Origin: Halocafeteria seosinensis
Taxonomy: Eukaryota
Length of the DNA stretch: 64,000 nt
Direction of reading: 5' to 3'
NCBI GenBank assembly: GCA_001687465.1
Contig: LVLI01000316.1
Location: 1-64,000, forward strand
The notes under the pieces: generated by a model
What the model was told of the DNA's origin: nothing
The model's input: the letters and a program-made list of their open reading frames with translations, nothing else
Database searches by the model: none
In this document: positions 23,053 to 35,569 of the stretch, in pieces
Position numbering within the stretch: the stretch's first letter is position 1
How the letters are laid out: every line of letters starts with the position of its first letter
Translations under genes and position numbers: made by a program

Positions 23053-23706
23053 ATGGCATCTGAACAAGGCAGCGCAGCTTTGAATAAGAGCGCGGTCGCC
23101 ACGCCTCGCGCTCCAACCGCCATCGGGCCCTATACACAAGCCATCCGTGGGAATGGCCAATTGTTCGTCAGCGGTATGATTGGCCTCGACAGTGACTCTG
23201 GGAAACTTGTCTCGGATGATGTCCAAGAGCAAGCGAGAGAAGCGCTGAACAACTTGAAAGCCGTCGTGGAAGCTGGAGGGACGACGTTGGAAGCAATCGT
23301 AAGTGTTCCTCGACTGTATAAATGGGATCCGAGCACCTTACGGGCCCCAGACCCTTCTAGTACCATGACCACCATTGTGGTAGACTCCTACCGCTGGAGA
23401 ATGTGGTGGTCCTCCCAATGAATGCGAACGTAACACGTGTCAATGGAGCTGCAGGTCAAGGTAACAGTTATGATGACGGATATCGAGGACTACAAGAAAA
23501 TAAATGACGTGTACAAAGAATGTAAGCAAACGCTGATTACCCAAAGTTGCCTAGCGAAGTCCTATTAATTTCACTACCCTACTGTAATCGCAGTCTTCCC
23601 GTCGGAAGGGAAGGTTCCAGCGCCAGCTCGGTGTGCGTTTGGAGTCTCTGGATTACCGAAAGGAGCCAAAGTGGAATTTGACTGTATCGCATTAACTAGT
23701 GACTAG
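23053..23706 (+). CDS. RIDA: RidA/YjgF/UK114 enamine deaminase, 3 exons
   Basis: APTAIGPYTQA, LFVSGMIG, VKVTVMM...INDVY, PARCAFGVSGLPKGAKVEFDCIA. Exons 23053-23298, 23455-23521, 23594-23706. Confidence 0.92.
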
Positions 23707-23902
23707 ATGGGTTTTCATTCAATCTTCACAATTGGTATGGAAAAGAAACCATACTTTTTGGCCATCCACCCACTTCGCGACTGGGTTACCTTCAAGCCTG
23801 GTGTTCACGCAAGCGTACATATTTATGTAGTCTGCCGGAAGACATAAACATGAATCTTCTCTGATAAATTTTATACCTTGTTGCAGAAGTGCAGCAAAGT
23901 GG

Positions 23903-24698
23903 CTATACGCCCATCCTTATGACACGCGTCTTTTTCATCGCATGCACTGTAGCTTGCCGTTGCTTGTATTGCTCTGGAGTTAGCACCATAGTTTTCCCTG
24001 TTTTTGTCTTCCAATATCTATGTTTGGCTTTGGAAGGGTCTTCCACATCTTCCTCATCATCTGACCACAATGAATGCCATTCATCTGTTTTAGGTGCGCT
24101 CGTATCGGCAGTTTGTGTCTCACCCACCGGCTCCTCGAGATCTCCTAGCCATACCACACCTGGAGGAGTGAATTTTCGTATCCTTTCTTGCTTCTCTTCT
24201 TCCTTTCTCCTTTCCAACTCCTCCAGAGATATCCCTTCCTTATCAGCTTGTGCTCGATTGCGTTGTTTCTCTGCTCTAGCTCGAATAACCAATTTTTTCA
24301 GGCGCAGCGCTTCCTGTGAAGCCAATTTATAGTCCGGCGTGTTGATCAAATAGTTGTCCAACCCACCCCGCTTATCCATCCATCTCAACGAGTACGCTGT
24401 CGCTCGTGTGGGGATCTTCTGACCCAGGTTTTCACTCCATAATGTCACATACTGGGAATTCGGCTTCCAACTTCGTCGAGTTCTGAAACACAGAAAGGAC
24501 ACATACACGTTCCTCAACCCCCAGGACACACATATAAGAGTGCCAAACTTACTTTCTCTCGGAATGGGAGACGTTGTTCCCGAACACGATGCGCTTACCA
24601 CCGTATAAACCCCTTTGTCCTCGATGGAAGCTGCCACTCTGGGCTCCTCCGGGGGAGCCACTTTTCCCTCGTAATGCGCTAATAAATCGACTTGCCAT
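23903..24698 (-). CDS. MRPL28: Mitochondrial ribosomal protein bL28 family, 2 exons (24698-24553, 24482-23903)
   Basis: GLYGGKRIVFGNNVSHSERK|TRRSWKPN...LWSENLG...MDKRGGLDNYL. Confidence 0.9.
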
Positions 24699-25000
24699 CT
24701 TCGTATCACTAAGTGTGCAATCTTTACAAACAACCAAAGGACATATCGTAATCATCAACTAACACGTGAAAATCACTGTATACAAGAAGGGAAGAGCTGG
24801 ACATGCGGAAAGTAGCGACCTCGCACGGCTCGGGATCCGGGATCCAAAAGGAATTCTAGCCGGGGGAAAAAAGTAGTTGACGTGTTCGATACAATTGATA
24901 CCATTATTATCACTGGATTGTACAAAATTTTGATCTGAGGGATTGGATTATATCAGTGCGTAGCTTTTCTTGGCCTGGACACTACATTCACAGTGCATGA

Positions 25001-26381
25001 ATGACTTCCTCTCCGTGGTGCAGAGGTTTGCAACGGAGAATTCAGTACCATCGACGATTTTTTAATGCTACTCCACTGCGATTTTCATGCACACTACAAG
25101 CGCATATGAGTGACGTTCCTGGAGTGTACGCCGATGACTCCATTGCCTTCCCAGTAGAGAGCGCCACAGCTGGTAAGGACCTCCTGGAATACGGACCTCG
25201 AGGTACGTACGTAAGTAAGACTCTGACGTAAGAGGCGCAAGTTTTCATTATCATGGCGCATGATCCAGGCGTATATACGACGGCCAGAACGGTGCGGCAT
25301 GACCGTGTATTCCAGTTTGATAAGCAAGTCAATCGGCTAGGTGCGTAGGGTATTTAGAGCGCACTCTGGGATTCCCTCATCGCTGAAGTTTGTCGTCATT
25401 GCAGTGGAGAGTGCTGCACTTATGATATTGGACGATGAATTCAAGGATGGGATCTTGTCTGAAGACAAAGTACCTCATACGACAGAGGAGAAAATTGCCC
25501 ATGTGAGAGCGCATGTACCCCGGGGTGATGAGACCCTGGATAGAACGCAAATGACTGAGAGAATGAAGTTCATCTGTAAAACAGCTATAGATCTACTCGA
25601 TACCAGTAGAACTGACTGGAAGGAACATGATTTGAAAATTACGCTGCTCTACTCTTGGCAACCGCTGCTGTCGAAAGTTGAGCCTCAACACTACCCGAAA
25701 CTTCCTCAACCACAACAGCATTCGCAGCGCGAAGAAATAAGAGGACATTACGCTACCAGTTTTGGAAAGAATCACACGGCACTGATGTGTTATGTGACTA
25801 GGCTTCCAGTTCGTCCGGAGACTCAAGTGAAGACAGTGGTTCGCGGGACGCCACGGTCCAACGCTGCTGCCAAGGATTCTGCATGGGTACATACACGTCG
25901 AGAGTTGGAGAAGAAAATGTCGGAAGATATGGAAGAAACACTGCTCATTGAGTTTTCCTCGGGAAGACTAATGGAAGGTTTGCAGACCAATTTCATGGCC
26001 ATCATTGATGGAGTGTTATACACTGCCGGTGACAACGTACTCAATGGCACAGTACGACAACTAGTTCTGGAAGAATGCGATGCTAACGGTATTCCCTACA
26101 AGCTCGAAGGTCCCCTGCTTAGTCAAGCTCACCTCTGGGAAGCGGCCTTCATTACGAGTACGTCCAGATTGATTCTACCTGTTGACGAATTACACATTCC
26201 CCAGGATGTCGCCGCAAACTTCAGTGGCGGTCTCATAGATGGTTCCACCCGCAACAATGCTGGGAAAACCGAGGACGGAAGTCTCACGCTTTCGTTTCGT
26301 TCTTCGGAGTGTGCGCTTTTGTCTCGTCTTTCCCGACTGGTTCGAAATGCAGTAGAGGAACATAGCTCACCTCTAAGATAA
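25001..26381 (+). CDS. Class IV (D-amino acid aminotransferase-like) PLP enzyme, 3 exons
   Basis: PRGVYTTART, AKDSAWV, EGLQTNF, VLNGTVR, AFITSTSRLILPV. Exons about 25001-25202, 25269-25340, 25405-26381. Confidence 0.85.
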
Positions 26382-26957
26382 GTGGCAAGGGAACAGATAT
26401 CTAAGTTGATTGACCCAACCTCCATGTTGTCTGAGTGAACATGGAGGACTAGGATTTATGCATCAGGTGAGCACGCGAATTCCTTCGGAAAGGGCGAAAC
26501 TCGTTGGCCTTCCAGTTGTCTGATAGCAACTAAGAACGATCGAAGCAACTACGAGTATACTCGGATAGGTGATGCTGCCATACGCCCGTTGTACTGTGCC
26601 AACGATTCTACACATGTCGACGCCGCAAAACCAACTGTTCGTTATTCATTAAATTTTGCGGGTGTTGGTCCTTATACGAACGTCCAATACATCGGAAAAC
26701 TGGAGGATCTCCCTACGATCCAAGAGCAAAGAATCGAGGTGAGAGCTAGAGGTAATGTGCCTCTAGGAGGGGGTTTCTACTGATCAGAAGCTTGAAAAAT
26801 GGGGAACTCTAGTAACTCATCTGATCGACTACTGACGCTGTTGAATGCACCACCAGAAACTAGTAAGACCGATAATGTTCAGAGCGAGGCTCGAGTTGGT
26901 AGCATCGGATGGCATCTGTGCCAGCCTAAGCCATCCCTATGATATTATTTTTATAAT

Positions 26958-28224
26958 TTACGTTTCGTGATCGACCTTGGAATCATTTTCCTGTTCATGT
27001 CCCTCCCCATGTTCATCGGCTTCTTGATCAATGTCTGGAAGGGTATCTTGCAATGCTTTCAACAAGGCTCGGTATTCAATTAGTTTGGTGCTCTGGCACC
27101 ACTGGTCAACTATTTCGAAGACAGCATCGTAGAATTGCTTCCATGTAACATAGTGAGGCTGATATTGTCGGTTTGCCGCTGCTGGGGCCGATTTAACGGG
27201 GCGATTCCGTGTGGCTGGTTTATCTATCTCCAAGCGTTCTCTTTCGGAGTCCCGCATCCAGTCCATCTGAAGAAAAATAGGACGCTTGTTCAAGAGCCGT
27301 ATTAATAAATACGAAGATTTTATATGCTACGCACCTCCAAGTGACGATCCAAGTCGTTGACTGCAGCTTCGGGGCGCAGAACTCTGATGAAATATCTATA
27401 CATCCGTTGGTATTCCTCGAAGGGGAGTACTTTCCCCACACCAGGAAAAGGCGTCGGAGCAGGAACGTTGCTACTTTGATTAGGATCGCTTAGGACCGAG
27501 TTTCGGAGCTCTATTGGATACTCCTCCATTGCTGGGTCGTCAATCCAATTCAGTTTCCGAGCCACCTGCTCAAGGACGACAGTAGCATTTACGTGTAATC
27601 CAACACGGGAGAGCGAAAAAGAACGTCTTAACATACATTTCGAATTTCTGTACGAAGTATCGGGTTCGAGTAGAGTTTATTCCTCTGCTCCACTGCTCCT
27701 TGCGTATACATTGCATCATCGCCTTGGAGGAAGTATGGCATCTCTCCACGAGCCATCAAGTTACTATCTCGTTTGGGATCCACAATGAACGAGACGTGGT
27801 CCTTGGAAGGACGAGCAAATAGTTCCGAGTCATAGCTGGACGCAATTTCATGTCCCGGGCGTGATTTTACCTCCTCTGTTGAAGGCTTTTGCCCTTCACT
27901 TGAACTTTCTCGATGGTAGCGATTCCCCGCCACTACAGCTTCAATGTCCTCCACGTTTCCACGCTGCAGCTTGTTCCTTCGGCGCTCCGCAATTTTCGCT
28001 ACCGGGGTATTTTTATGATGCTTCTCTTTCGAGGGTGATCCTCGAAACTTGAGCTTCTTTGCATGCGGCGATACATTCTCTTGATTCTCCGAAGACAAGG
28101 CATATCCACCCCCGGTGCGTCTGCGAGGTGAATCGGTGCTTCCATTCTCTTCCACGTTGGTGGTTCGCGGTGGTGGTGGAGAAGGATTCGTGTACTTTAC
28201 GGTGCTATTGTCTTCCTGCGACAT
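26958..28224 (-). CDS. Hypothetical protein with EF-hand-like C-terminal region, 3 or more exons
   Basis: Three consecutive ORFs separated by GT-AG intron-like gaps; FEEYQRMY...DWMRD...QFYDAVFEIVDQW. Start uncertain. Confidence 0.6.
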
Positions 28225-28797
28225 CCTTTCAAACAATCAAACAGTCATATGTGTGCATCCACAATTCACTATATTTTTCTGGGCGTCTTTCACTTCCATT
28301 GACCCATAAACCGTTTAGCGGTTCTTCAACCGCCGATCCCATCCCACGTTGCGACCGAATCAGGTCGCAAGCGCAGGTTTGGAAGGGTATTAAATGAAGT
28401 GTGGCCTAAGAATACCAGTATTCAACGGCACTGGAATTGCGTAGATATGCCGACTTGGGTTGGTCGGTTTTGAGAGAGTGGGGACAGAAAAATACCCCCC
28501 CGTGTAAGTGAAGAAGCGAGCGTTGACCGGCAACGAATAGCGCGCCAAGACTTCCCTTTCACGGTTTAATGCCACATACAGCTCCCTTTGCATGGCTGAC
28601 AGACTAGCTAAAAGTTTTACAGCCCTTTAGCCCTTGTAAGGAGTCCTTGTGGACAGCGTAACAACGAGATTTAGCGTGAACATCGAAGTGTAACTCGGGC
28701 AAAAAGAGAGCCAACGTCTCGGAGGAGCCCTTATTAGGTGCCTTTCCATTCATTGTGCAATTTGCATACGGTTAAACGGTTGTATTGAAGCGAGGAA

Positions 28798-31700
28798 ATG
28801 GCGTTCTTTGCGAATGAAGTCCTTGAGGAAGTGATTCAAGTGGTGTCTGAACGAGGTGAGTCTGACAGGCACCTGTACTTCCTCTCCATTCCACAAGGAA
28901 TGTGCTGTATGATGTTAACGCAGAGTTCCCCGTTCATTATCTGACGGAAAGGCTCTATAAAATCTTTCGGGAGAAAGCAGTGCCCGAAAAATGCCCGGAA
29001 CTTGTGTCTGTCATCTACCAAACGGTAGCATGTTTATTGGATAGGTACGTTATAAGATGGTATTCTTGAAAGACTTAATTCCTTATTACGAGTGAATGTT
29101 ATATTGGTGTTGTATGTCGATTGGCAGACGGTCCCAGGACCAACTAACTTTAATGGCACTTCACCATGCATTGGATGCGGATGTCAAGACAGAGCACTTA
29201 TTCTACGGTGGTAAATCCCGAGTGCTGGAAATTCTACAGGACGCAACAAGGGTATTAACGCTTGATAACGCACGACTGGATGGTCGTCTACCGATCAGTC
29301 TTCGATGCCCTCCGCTGCAAGAACTGCTGGACAAATTTGCTGCAATTTTCGACGTCCTGGACCGTTCCTCTTTCGAACTTACGGGGTTACATCAGTGGCT
29401 GCTGAGTGGGGATCACATCAGATGTTTACGTTGTTTAGACCGAAGGATCCAACATAGCAGATATTTTGTTTTACATCATCCAATTCTAACGCTGATAAAT
29501 TTGGCCAGCATGTCGCTCCGAATGACCCAACATACCACAGCTGTTAGATACACGGACCTGGCCTTGAAAGTATTTTATGAAAATCGGACAAATAAGCGTT
29601 TCTCAGAAGGAACAGCGATAGAAATGGATGCCCCAAACAAGCAGAAGGTTAGTCATGTTCCTTCACGTGCGTCTGAAACGGAACTATTCACGCTCAGAAC
29701 GCGAACACCATGGATGAAATTGGTGCTTTGCATCCTAGGATATAATTTTGCCCTTTGTGCTACCGAGTTGCGCGAATTCAGCGTAAGCTTGGATCTTTGC
29801 GATCTATTGCTTGGGGTGCTGGCAGACGCACAGACCACTAGTCCTTCTGAAGTACCCAAGATTTTTAAGAGGAAGATACAGAGACTTTACGATTTTGTGG
29901 AAGAGTTGAGAAGCACTATGGATTCAGTGCAAGTGCATGGTGGTCCCGGCAGTGCATTTGAGGGAGCCCAATTGTCAGGACAACACAGTGCTAGGCACCA
30001 GAGTTCGCTGGTACGTCCTTTGGATGAAGGGAACACACAGAACGGGCCATCATTTTCACCCATTAATACCGGAAGTAATAAGCACTTCGATTGGGAGCAA
30101 ATGCCGTTGAATAATTCCAAACAAAAAGAACGATCAGAAACCTTCTCAACTTCGGCGTTCATGGAAGGAACACAAACTCGATTCTCCCCGTGGTTTACTT
30201 GGAACCATCCCGGCAAATCTGGTGTGCTGGACTCCTTTTCTTCTGTTACATATCACCCGCAACTGGAGAGTGACCATAACGACTGTGCAGCCACTGTAGT
30301 ATTCGATATGCTGGCAAATGACTTATTCGATGAGGATGTGGAAGAAGTAAACCTACATCAAAGAAGCATCAGTTCGAATTCCCCCGAGAAAGTCAGAGCA
30401 CAAGCCCGGAGCTACGTAAGCTCATCGCCAAAAGAGGGAAATGCCCAGACTCAGGACTTGTCTTCTTTTCGGGAGATCGAGAAGATACTGAGAGTAAAAC
30501 CTCGCACTGCTGGTGCTGTCGTTGGACGGAACAAGACTGCAAAGAGTCGAAGTAAGAAGAAGAAGAAAAACCTGCCGAGATTGAACACTTCAAGTAATGT
30601 GGTGAGCACCAAGTCGCTACGTAGCTCAGGAAGTACCCACGTGCTAAGTCCGGTTCAGAGGAATCAGTTTAAACCTGCTCGAAAGAGTTTACCTCCTCTT
30701 CGATTTGCGTCCCACACCGTGCAGCAGAGCATTCCTTCCCAGAATCAGCTCTACCATTTATTCTGTAGGGCATCTTTTGTCAGCAGGTACTCTGAGCTGC
30801 TGAAGAATTTACTCAGTGTACCCCGTGAGCTGCCTCGTGGTAGCGTCAGCGCTCGAGAAACAAGCACCTCTGACACACATACTTTCCAGCGTCGACCCCA
30901 AACGTCGCCGCACGTTTCTGGGACAGTCTCGCGAGCAGAGAAGGAGCGAATGGCGCGGTCTAAACTGTCACGATTTCTTCTTTCTGTTATTCCCCGCTGG
31001 CGGCATAAACGTATGAGGAAGTCCTTTATCCAGCTCCAGCGAAGATTCAGAAGAATACATCGAGCAAAGTTGGCCAAGTTTTTTACATGCGATGAAGCCA
31101 GGGTAGAAATCGATCTTCGTCCTTCGGGTCTGCTATATGCGGAAGAACCAGTGGGAGAGGAAGAAGATTCTGAAGATGCCGCCCCAGCTCTGTCGACATA
31201 TGTAACCGCTGAACACGAAGTGAGGCAAGTGGACGGGAGGAAAGAACTCAGTATGGCTCGCCCGTGTTTGGACCACCCTCAAAGACCAACTGAGCTACGG
31301 CTAAGGGAGTGTATGCATGTTATTGACGCAACTTTAGGAATGCAGATATGGGATGACGAAGGCAATTGCATCTCTAGCGAATCATACAATTTGGACAAAT
31401 TGTTTCACAACGGGTACAGGAGTATTGACTCTGTCGCTTTGAAGAAGGCTATGTCCACCTACAGAACCAGGTATTATTTGGCCAAGGTAAGGCTGTGATA
31501 ATCTTGTGAGGTGCTGGTAATATCAATATCGATTCCTTCGTGATTGGTCGCCGCAGCTTGCTCATGATGACGGGCTCGCAATTAAAATCCAAAGCCTATG
31601 CCGAAAGTGGAGAAATCGTGTCAGGCAGCGTCGAACAGAGTTTCTGGAGGCAGTCAAGTCTAAACTCCCAGAGGATCTCTTCTTTTCTTCTAAATGGTAT

Positions 31701-32150
31701 GCACGTAATTTGTTTGACTGTCTATTTGCTAAGCAACCTTCAACAACGTGGGTTGATGTTGGATTCAGGGAGTCTCAATGGAGGAAGTGGAACCAAGAAT
31801 ATAAATTCTTCGTTAAGCACTCAATGCCTCGAGGCTCAGCCTTATTTGGACAAGGATCCCCTAACCTACGTCTTGAACCGATCTTTGAAATTCGCGCTTA
31901 TTCCAGAGAATCAGAGCGTCCCGTTCTGGTTCTTGAAAATATATCGATGCAGCTCCTAGAGAACGGTCGAGTTCCTAAAGAAGAGTACACGCTGGACCCG
32001 CTGGAGACATTGCCACCTTCCATATTGGAAATGCGGACGGAGAAGAGTGTGATTGCTCCTGTAATGCAGCGAGCTGCCGAAAAATATCGTGCCGAAATGT
32101 CTAAGGCGTTGAAAGAGCAACTACCTGATGAGTTCGAGGAAGTCAGTTAA
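28798..32150 (+). CDS. Large hypothetical protein with IQ-like motifs, about 4 exons
   Basis: An 800-aa ORF plus short upstream exons and a terminal exon linked by GT-AG sites; FIQLQRRFRR and IKIQSLCRKW motifs. Confidence 0.65.
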
Positions 32151-32325
32151 GGCCCTTCGAGTCTTGTCGTACTTCTTTGTACAGAGGTATTTGTAACGAG
32201 TGAAATCATTGTATTCAACTCAATTGTAACAATGTAAAGGTACGCGTATACAAGTAGTGTCTTCCCATGCTTACAGTTTCTGACCTCCTGACCCTCGAAT
32301 CCTGGATTGAGCTTACTTCTTCAAA

Positions 32326-32408
32326 TGTAACGCCCGCGAATTCCTTTGGTTACTATGCGTTTATATTTTCAATTTTGTAAAAGTTATTAAAAGTTCGCGG
32401 GCGTTACA
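32326..32408. repeat. 83-bp element with 15-bp perfect terminal inverted repeats (TGT...ACA)
   Basis: TGTAACGCCCGCGAA and TTCGCGGGCGTTACA enclose an AT-rich core. Confidence 0.75.
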
Positions 32409-32689
32409 CGCGCAACCTTGACAACGGTCGTCGAAGTTCTGAAATTTGCTGGTTTGACATCTTTGCTACTTCTTTACTCCAAGGTTGCACAAGAAGGACA
32501 CTGTCTGTCTGGGTATTATGAGATCGATTGCGAGGGTGTAAGTGGAGACGTGGTTTCAGTATTATCCTTCATCGAACGTCGAGGCGGCAAAAATTGGACC
32601 TATAGGTGTCCCACCTTTAAATACTCTGGATTCAACTGTACGATACTGGAAAGAGGTTGTGGGAAAGGACGATGAATGGATCTATGGAC

Positions 32690-33180
32690 TTTCATGGAGG
32701 CAATACGGCTGTGCGTGAACGCGACACGGGAAACATTGATGAAATTCCCGCGGTTTGGGGGACGCTTGTGTATGGGGATGAATTCGGAAAACTGGAGAGT
32801 TCAGCTGTACGTATTCGTTGAGATTACTCTTTCTCCAAAGATTGCCGGTTGTCGAAGCGGTTTCCAAGCAAAAACGTTCACAGGTCAGGAAAACATCCAA
32901 GACCAGAATGTATTGGTCTTTGGGTGTTCTCTTCCCCAGTCGTGGATTACTAAGGCAAACGATTTCTCAAAGAATCAACAAAAACGATTTGATACCTTAA
33001 AATCCCTGGTTTGATATGGCCCCCAGGAGATGGGCCCTCCGAAATCACGGTAGGGGGGGCAGCATTGTCAGGCGAATGCGAAGGACACGCACTGTTATTT
33101 AGGAAAGGCAGAATTACAATGGCATTGATGGGAGTGGTCACACCATCAAAGTGTGGGCCCCACTAGTAAACGGAGCACAC
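32690..33180 (+). pseudogene. Decayed copy of the C-terminal half of the 35570-36913 gene
   Basis: VEITLSPKIAGCRSGFQAKTFTGQENIQDQNVLV...SWITK matches VEITLPPMISRSGFQVKTFTGQENISDQNVLI...SWITK. DNA similarity continues to AAAGTGTGGGCCCCACTAGTAA. Confidence 0.85.
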
Positions 33181-33199
33181 ACTTGAATCACGGTCGGCG

Positions 33200-33456
33200 T
33201 GTAGTTGATCAAATTCACATTCAATGACACATGGTCAATACTGTAGTGCATAGGTTTGTCGATCCAATTTCATTATTCCATCCATGGCACTCCGAATCGT
33301 GGAAAGATGTGCTTTTGCGGGGACCACCATTGGAGCCAACATGACCTGGAAGTACAGTACTGCATTCTGAACGATTCGGCCTGTCTGCCCGGAGGATACG
33401 TTATCATCAATAAGGGACTCATTGAGTGGGTCTTGGAATGAATGTGAAAGGTACAA
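33200..33456 (+). pseudogene. Internally deleted copy of the OMA1-like gene 5' region
   Basis: Matches about 37216-37326 joined to about 37744-37909. Confidence 0.85.
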
Positions 33457-33489
33457 CTGCAGGTGGTTGATAACAATGGGAGAGGTGCC

Positions 33490-34010
33490 GCCGTGTGGAT
33501 TGGTATTGCTCCTACCGGAAGATGTGTCGTCTACCGGCTCCGCTACGCCGTGTGAGGGGTGAACCCTACCCGGAACCGGCCCAACATCTTCACGTTGTAG
33601 CGCATCAACTTGACTGACAGTTTGGCCGTCATCAGCTTGCGGAAGTTCCGCATCTCCCTTGTTCCCCAGCGAAAGCCCGGTGCTTTCCTGGCAATTCTCT
33701 TGAGGAACTTGACTGCGTCTTCCCCGAAGCCGCCCGTCGCCTCTATCACGAACGGGATAAGTTCCGTGTGGTGGTCCCTCAGGTGCCCGGATTTTGTCTG
33801 CTTCATCTTCTCCGCTTCTGCCGCGATGGTGAGGGATCTTCCCGCTGTCCTGGCTAGTCTGTCTCCCGGGAGCGGATTTGGCACTGTCACATCGACGTAC
33901 AGTGTGCTCGTTGGGCCCTTGGTACCAGGTCCATTACTGTCCCCGCCCCTCCCTCCTTTCGCGAGTCTGCGAGCACCCACCGGCATTTGACTCATGCGGA
34001 GTACCGCCTG
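33490..34010 (-). mobile_element. 3' end of a CRE-like non-LTR retrotransposon (restriction-like endonuclease domain + 3' UTR)
   Basis: RGGD...LYVDVTV...AEAEKMKQTK...LIPFVIEATGGFGEDAVKFLKRI...LSVKLMRYN matches the CRE-clade RLE pattern; GC-rich relative to flanks. Confidence 0.8.
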
Positions 34011-34021
34011 CCAAAATGTTA

Positions 34022-34415
34022 CTTCTCTCCATCGACATATAAGATAGAGCCATCGTCTGAATTCAGAAAAAAATTTGTATTGTCCTGACCTTGGTACTTT
34101 AATTATCCCATGAAAACGGGCATAGTAGTCGTCAACCACAATAAACCACTCTGTTCGGGTTGTCATCTTTCGGTGATCCTGGCCATGGATCCTCTTAACC
34201 AACTATATTTAGTTCGTCGTTTAACACAACATTTGACCAAGTATCTTCAACAATATACTTTTCAATATTGAGAACGTCCTCTTTATCTTCCACTGCATTC
34301 GAATCGTAGCGACAGAGCTCCCCTTGCCATCCTGCTTGCACCACCGCCTCTGCCTTCTGGACGAACACAATGACGCATATCCGCATACGAAAACTGCTGC
34401 AATTGCACGTAGCAT
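34022..34415 (-). pseudogene. PA14-domain pseudogene (paralog of 18128-19234)
   Basis: GWQGELCRY...DPWPGSP...VDDYYARFHGIIKVPRSGQYKFF..SDDGSILYVDG, with frameshifts and a stop. Confidence 0.75.
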
Positions 34416-35569
34416 GATGTCTGGTTTCCATTCGGGGCATACACTGCATCCCACGAACATTCTTGTTTCCTTCGAAATTCGTTATCAGCTATCACGTTAG
34501 GCCCCAGAAGTGGTATGCAGGACCCGCAGCCAACTGAAAGTTCGAAGAAAGCGCGTGCTTTACGTAGAGCTGCAGGGAACATCCAACTCCAGTAGATAAA
34601 GAAACAACTTATTTTTCTCCGATTACGTAATTCATCAATCCTGAGATGAGTGTGTTATACTGTCTTTGTGTTGTCTCAAACCTTTTCTTACCCCTGGGTT
34701 GCACGATCGTACAGCTGCTGGGTGTGTACCGGTAGTGTGTAGTGTGTATTGGTATTGCTCCTACCGGGAGATGTGTCTGCTAAAGGCTACGCTACGCCGT
34801 GTGTTTTACAGTTTTCCAGTTTTACATATCCCATTGTCCCCCCGTCGGCACTCAAAGATTCCCCGCGAGGACGCCGAGTGCGATATCTGATAGTGCGACA
34901 TTTCTCTGTGCATGGTGCCAAACATGCACAACGTACACCCTGTTTACCATGATGTCCTCGTGAGTCAAAATGATTACACGTTGCCACTGAAACCATTCCT
35001 AAAGAAGCGGGGACTCATCGCATTACAGTATGCTCGATTACCGCTGCACATAAATTCTGCCACAGAAGTTTTGCTTAACACTGTCAATGATGGTGACCCT
35101 AGGATGGAAGGAGGAGGAACATCGTACGTTACCAATGAATGTTTCGAAGATGTGTATGGCTACAAGTTCCTCGTCAATCTACCCTCTGCATAAATCGATT
35201 CAACTATTGATTGAATGTTTCTTCCTTCTGCAAGTGTTTGGGATAATTTCTGCGATGCCGGTTGCGTCCTCGCAGAGATTCCAACCCCGCACTCCCTGAG
35301 AAAGAGCATTCTTTTTCCCCTCCAAATATTCTGCAGTACTCTCCGAGAAAGAGCATTCATTTTCTCCCAAGATGTTCTAGACCAGGATAAAGAATTGTTG
35401 ACTGGAAAGAGTTGTTAATTTCATGATCACATGGAAAGGTTAATATATCTGAAGGACAAGGGCAAACAGGGGTCATATATTTTATACTTTAGTGTGCATA
35501 GAACCTCCGTGTACATCTCGTTGAAGGTTCGTTAAGAAAGAGTAGGATATCCAGGCTCTGTCGAAGACA

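Noticed and set aside
33543..34202. 219-aa ORF as a real gene
   Set aside because: Chance in-frame join of a frameshifted PA14 relic and a retroelement endonuclease; no ATG/signal context.
34820..34900. HDV-like ribozyme (minus strand TCCTCGC ... CAATGGGA)
   Set aside because: I could not build the P1/P2/P3 nested pseudoknot by eye; an Infernal or RNArobo search would be needed.
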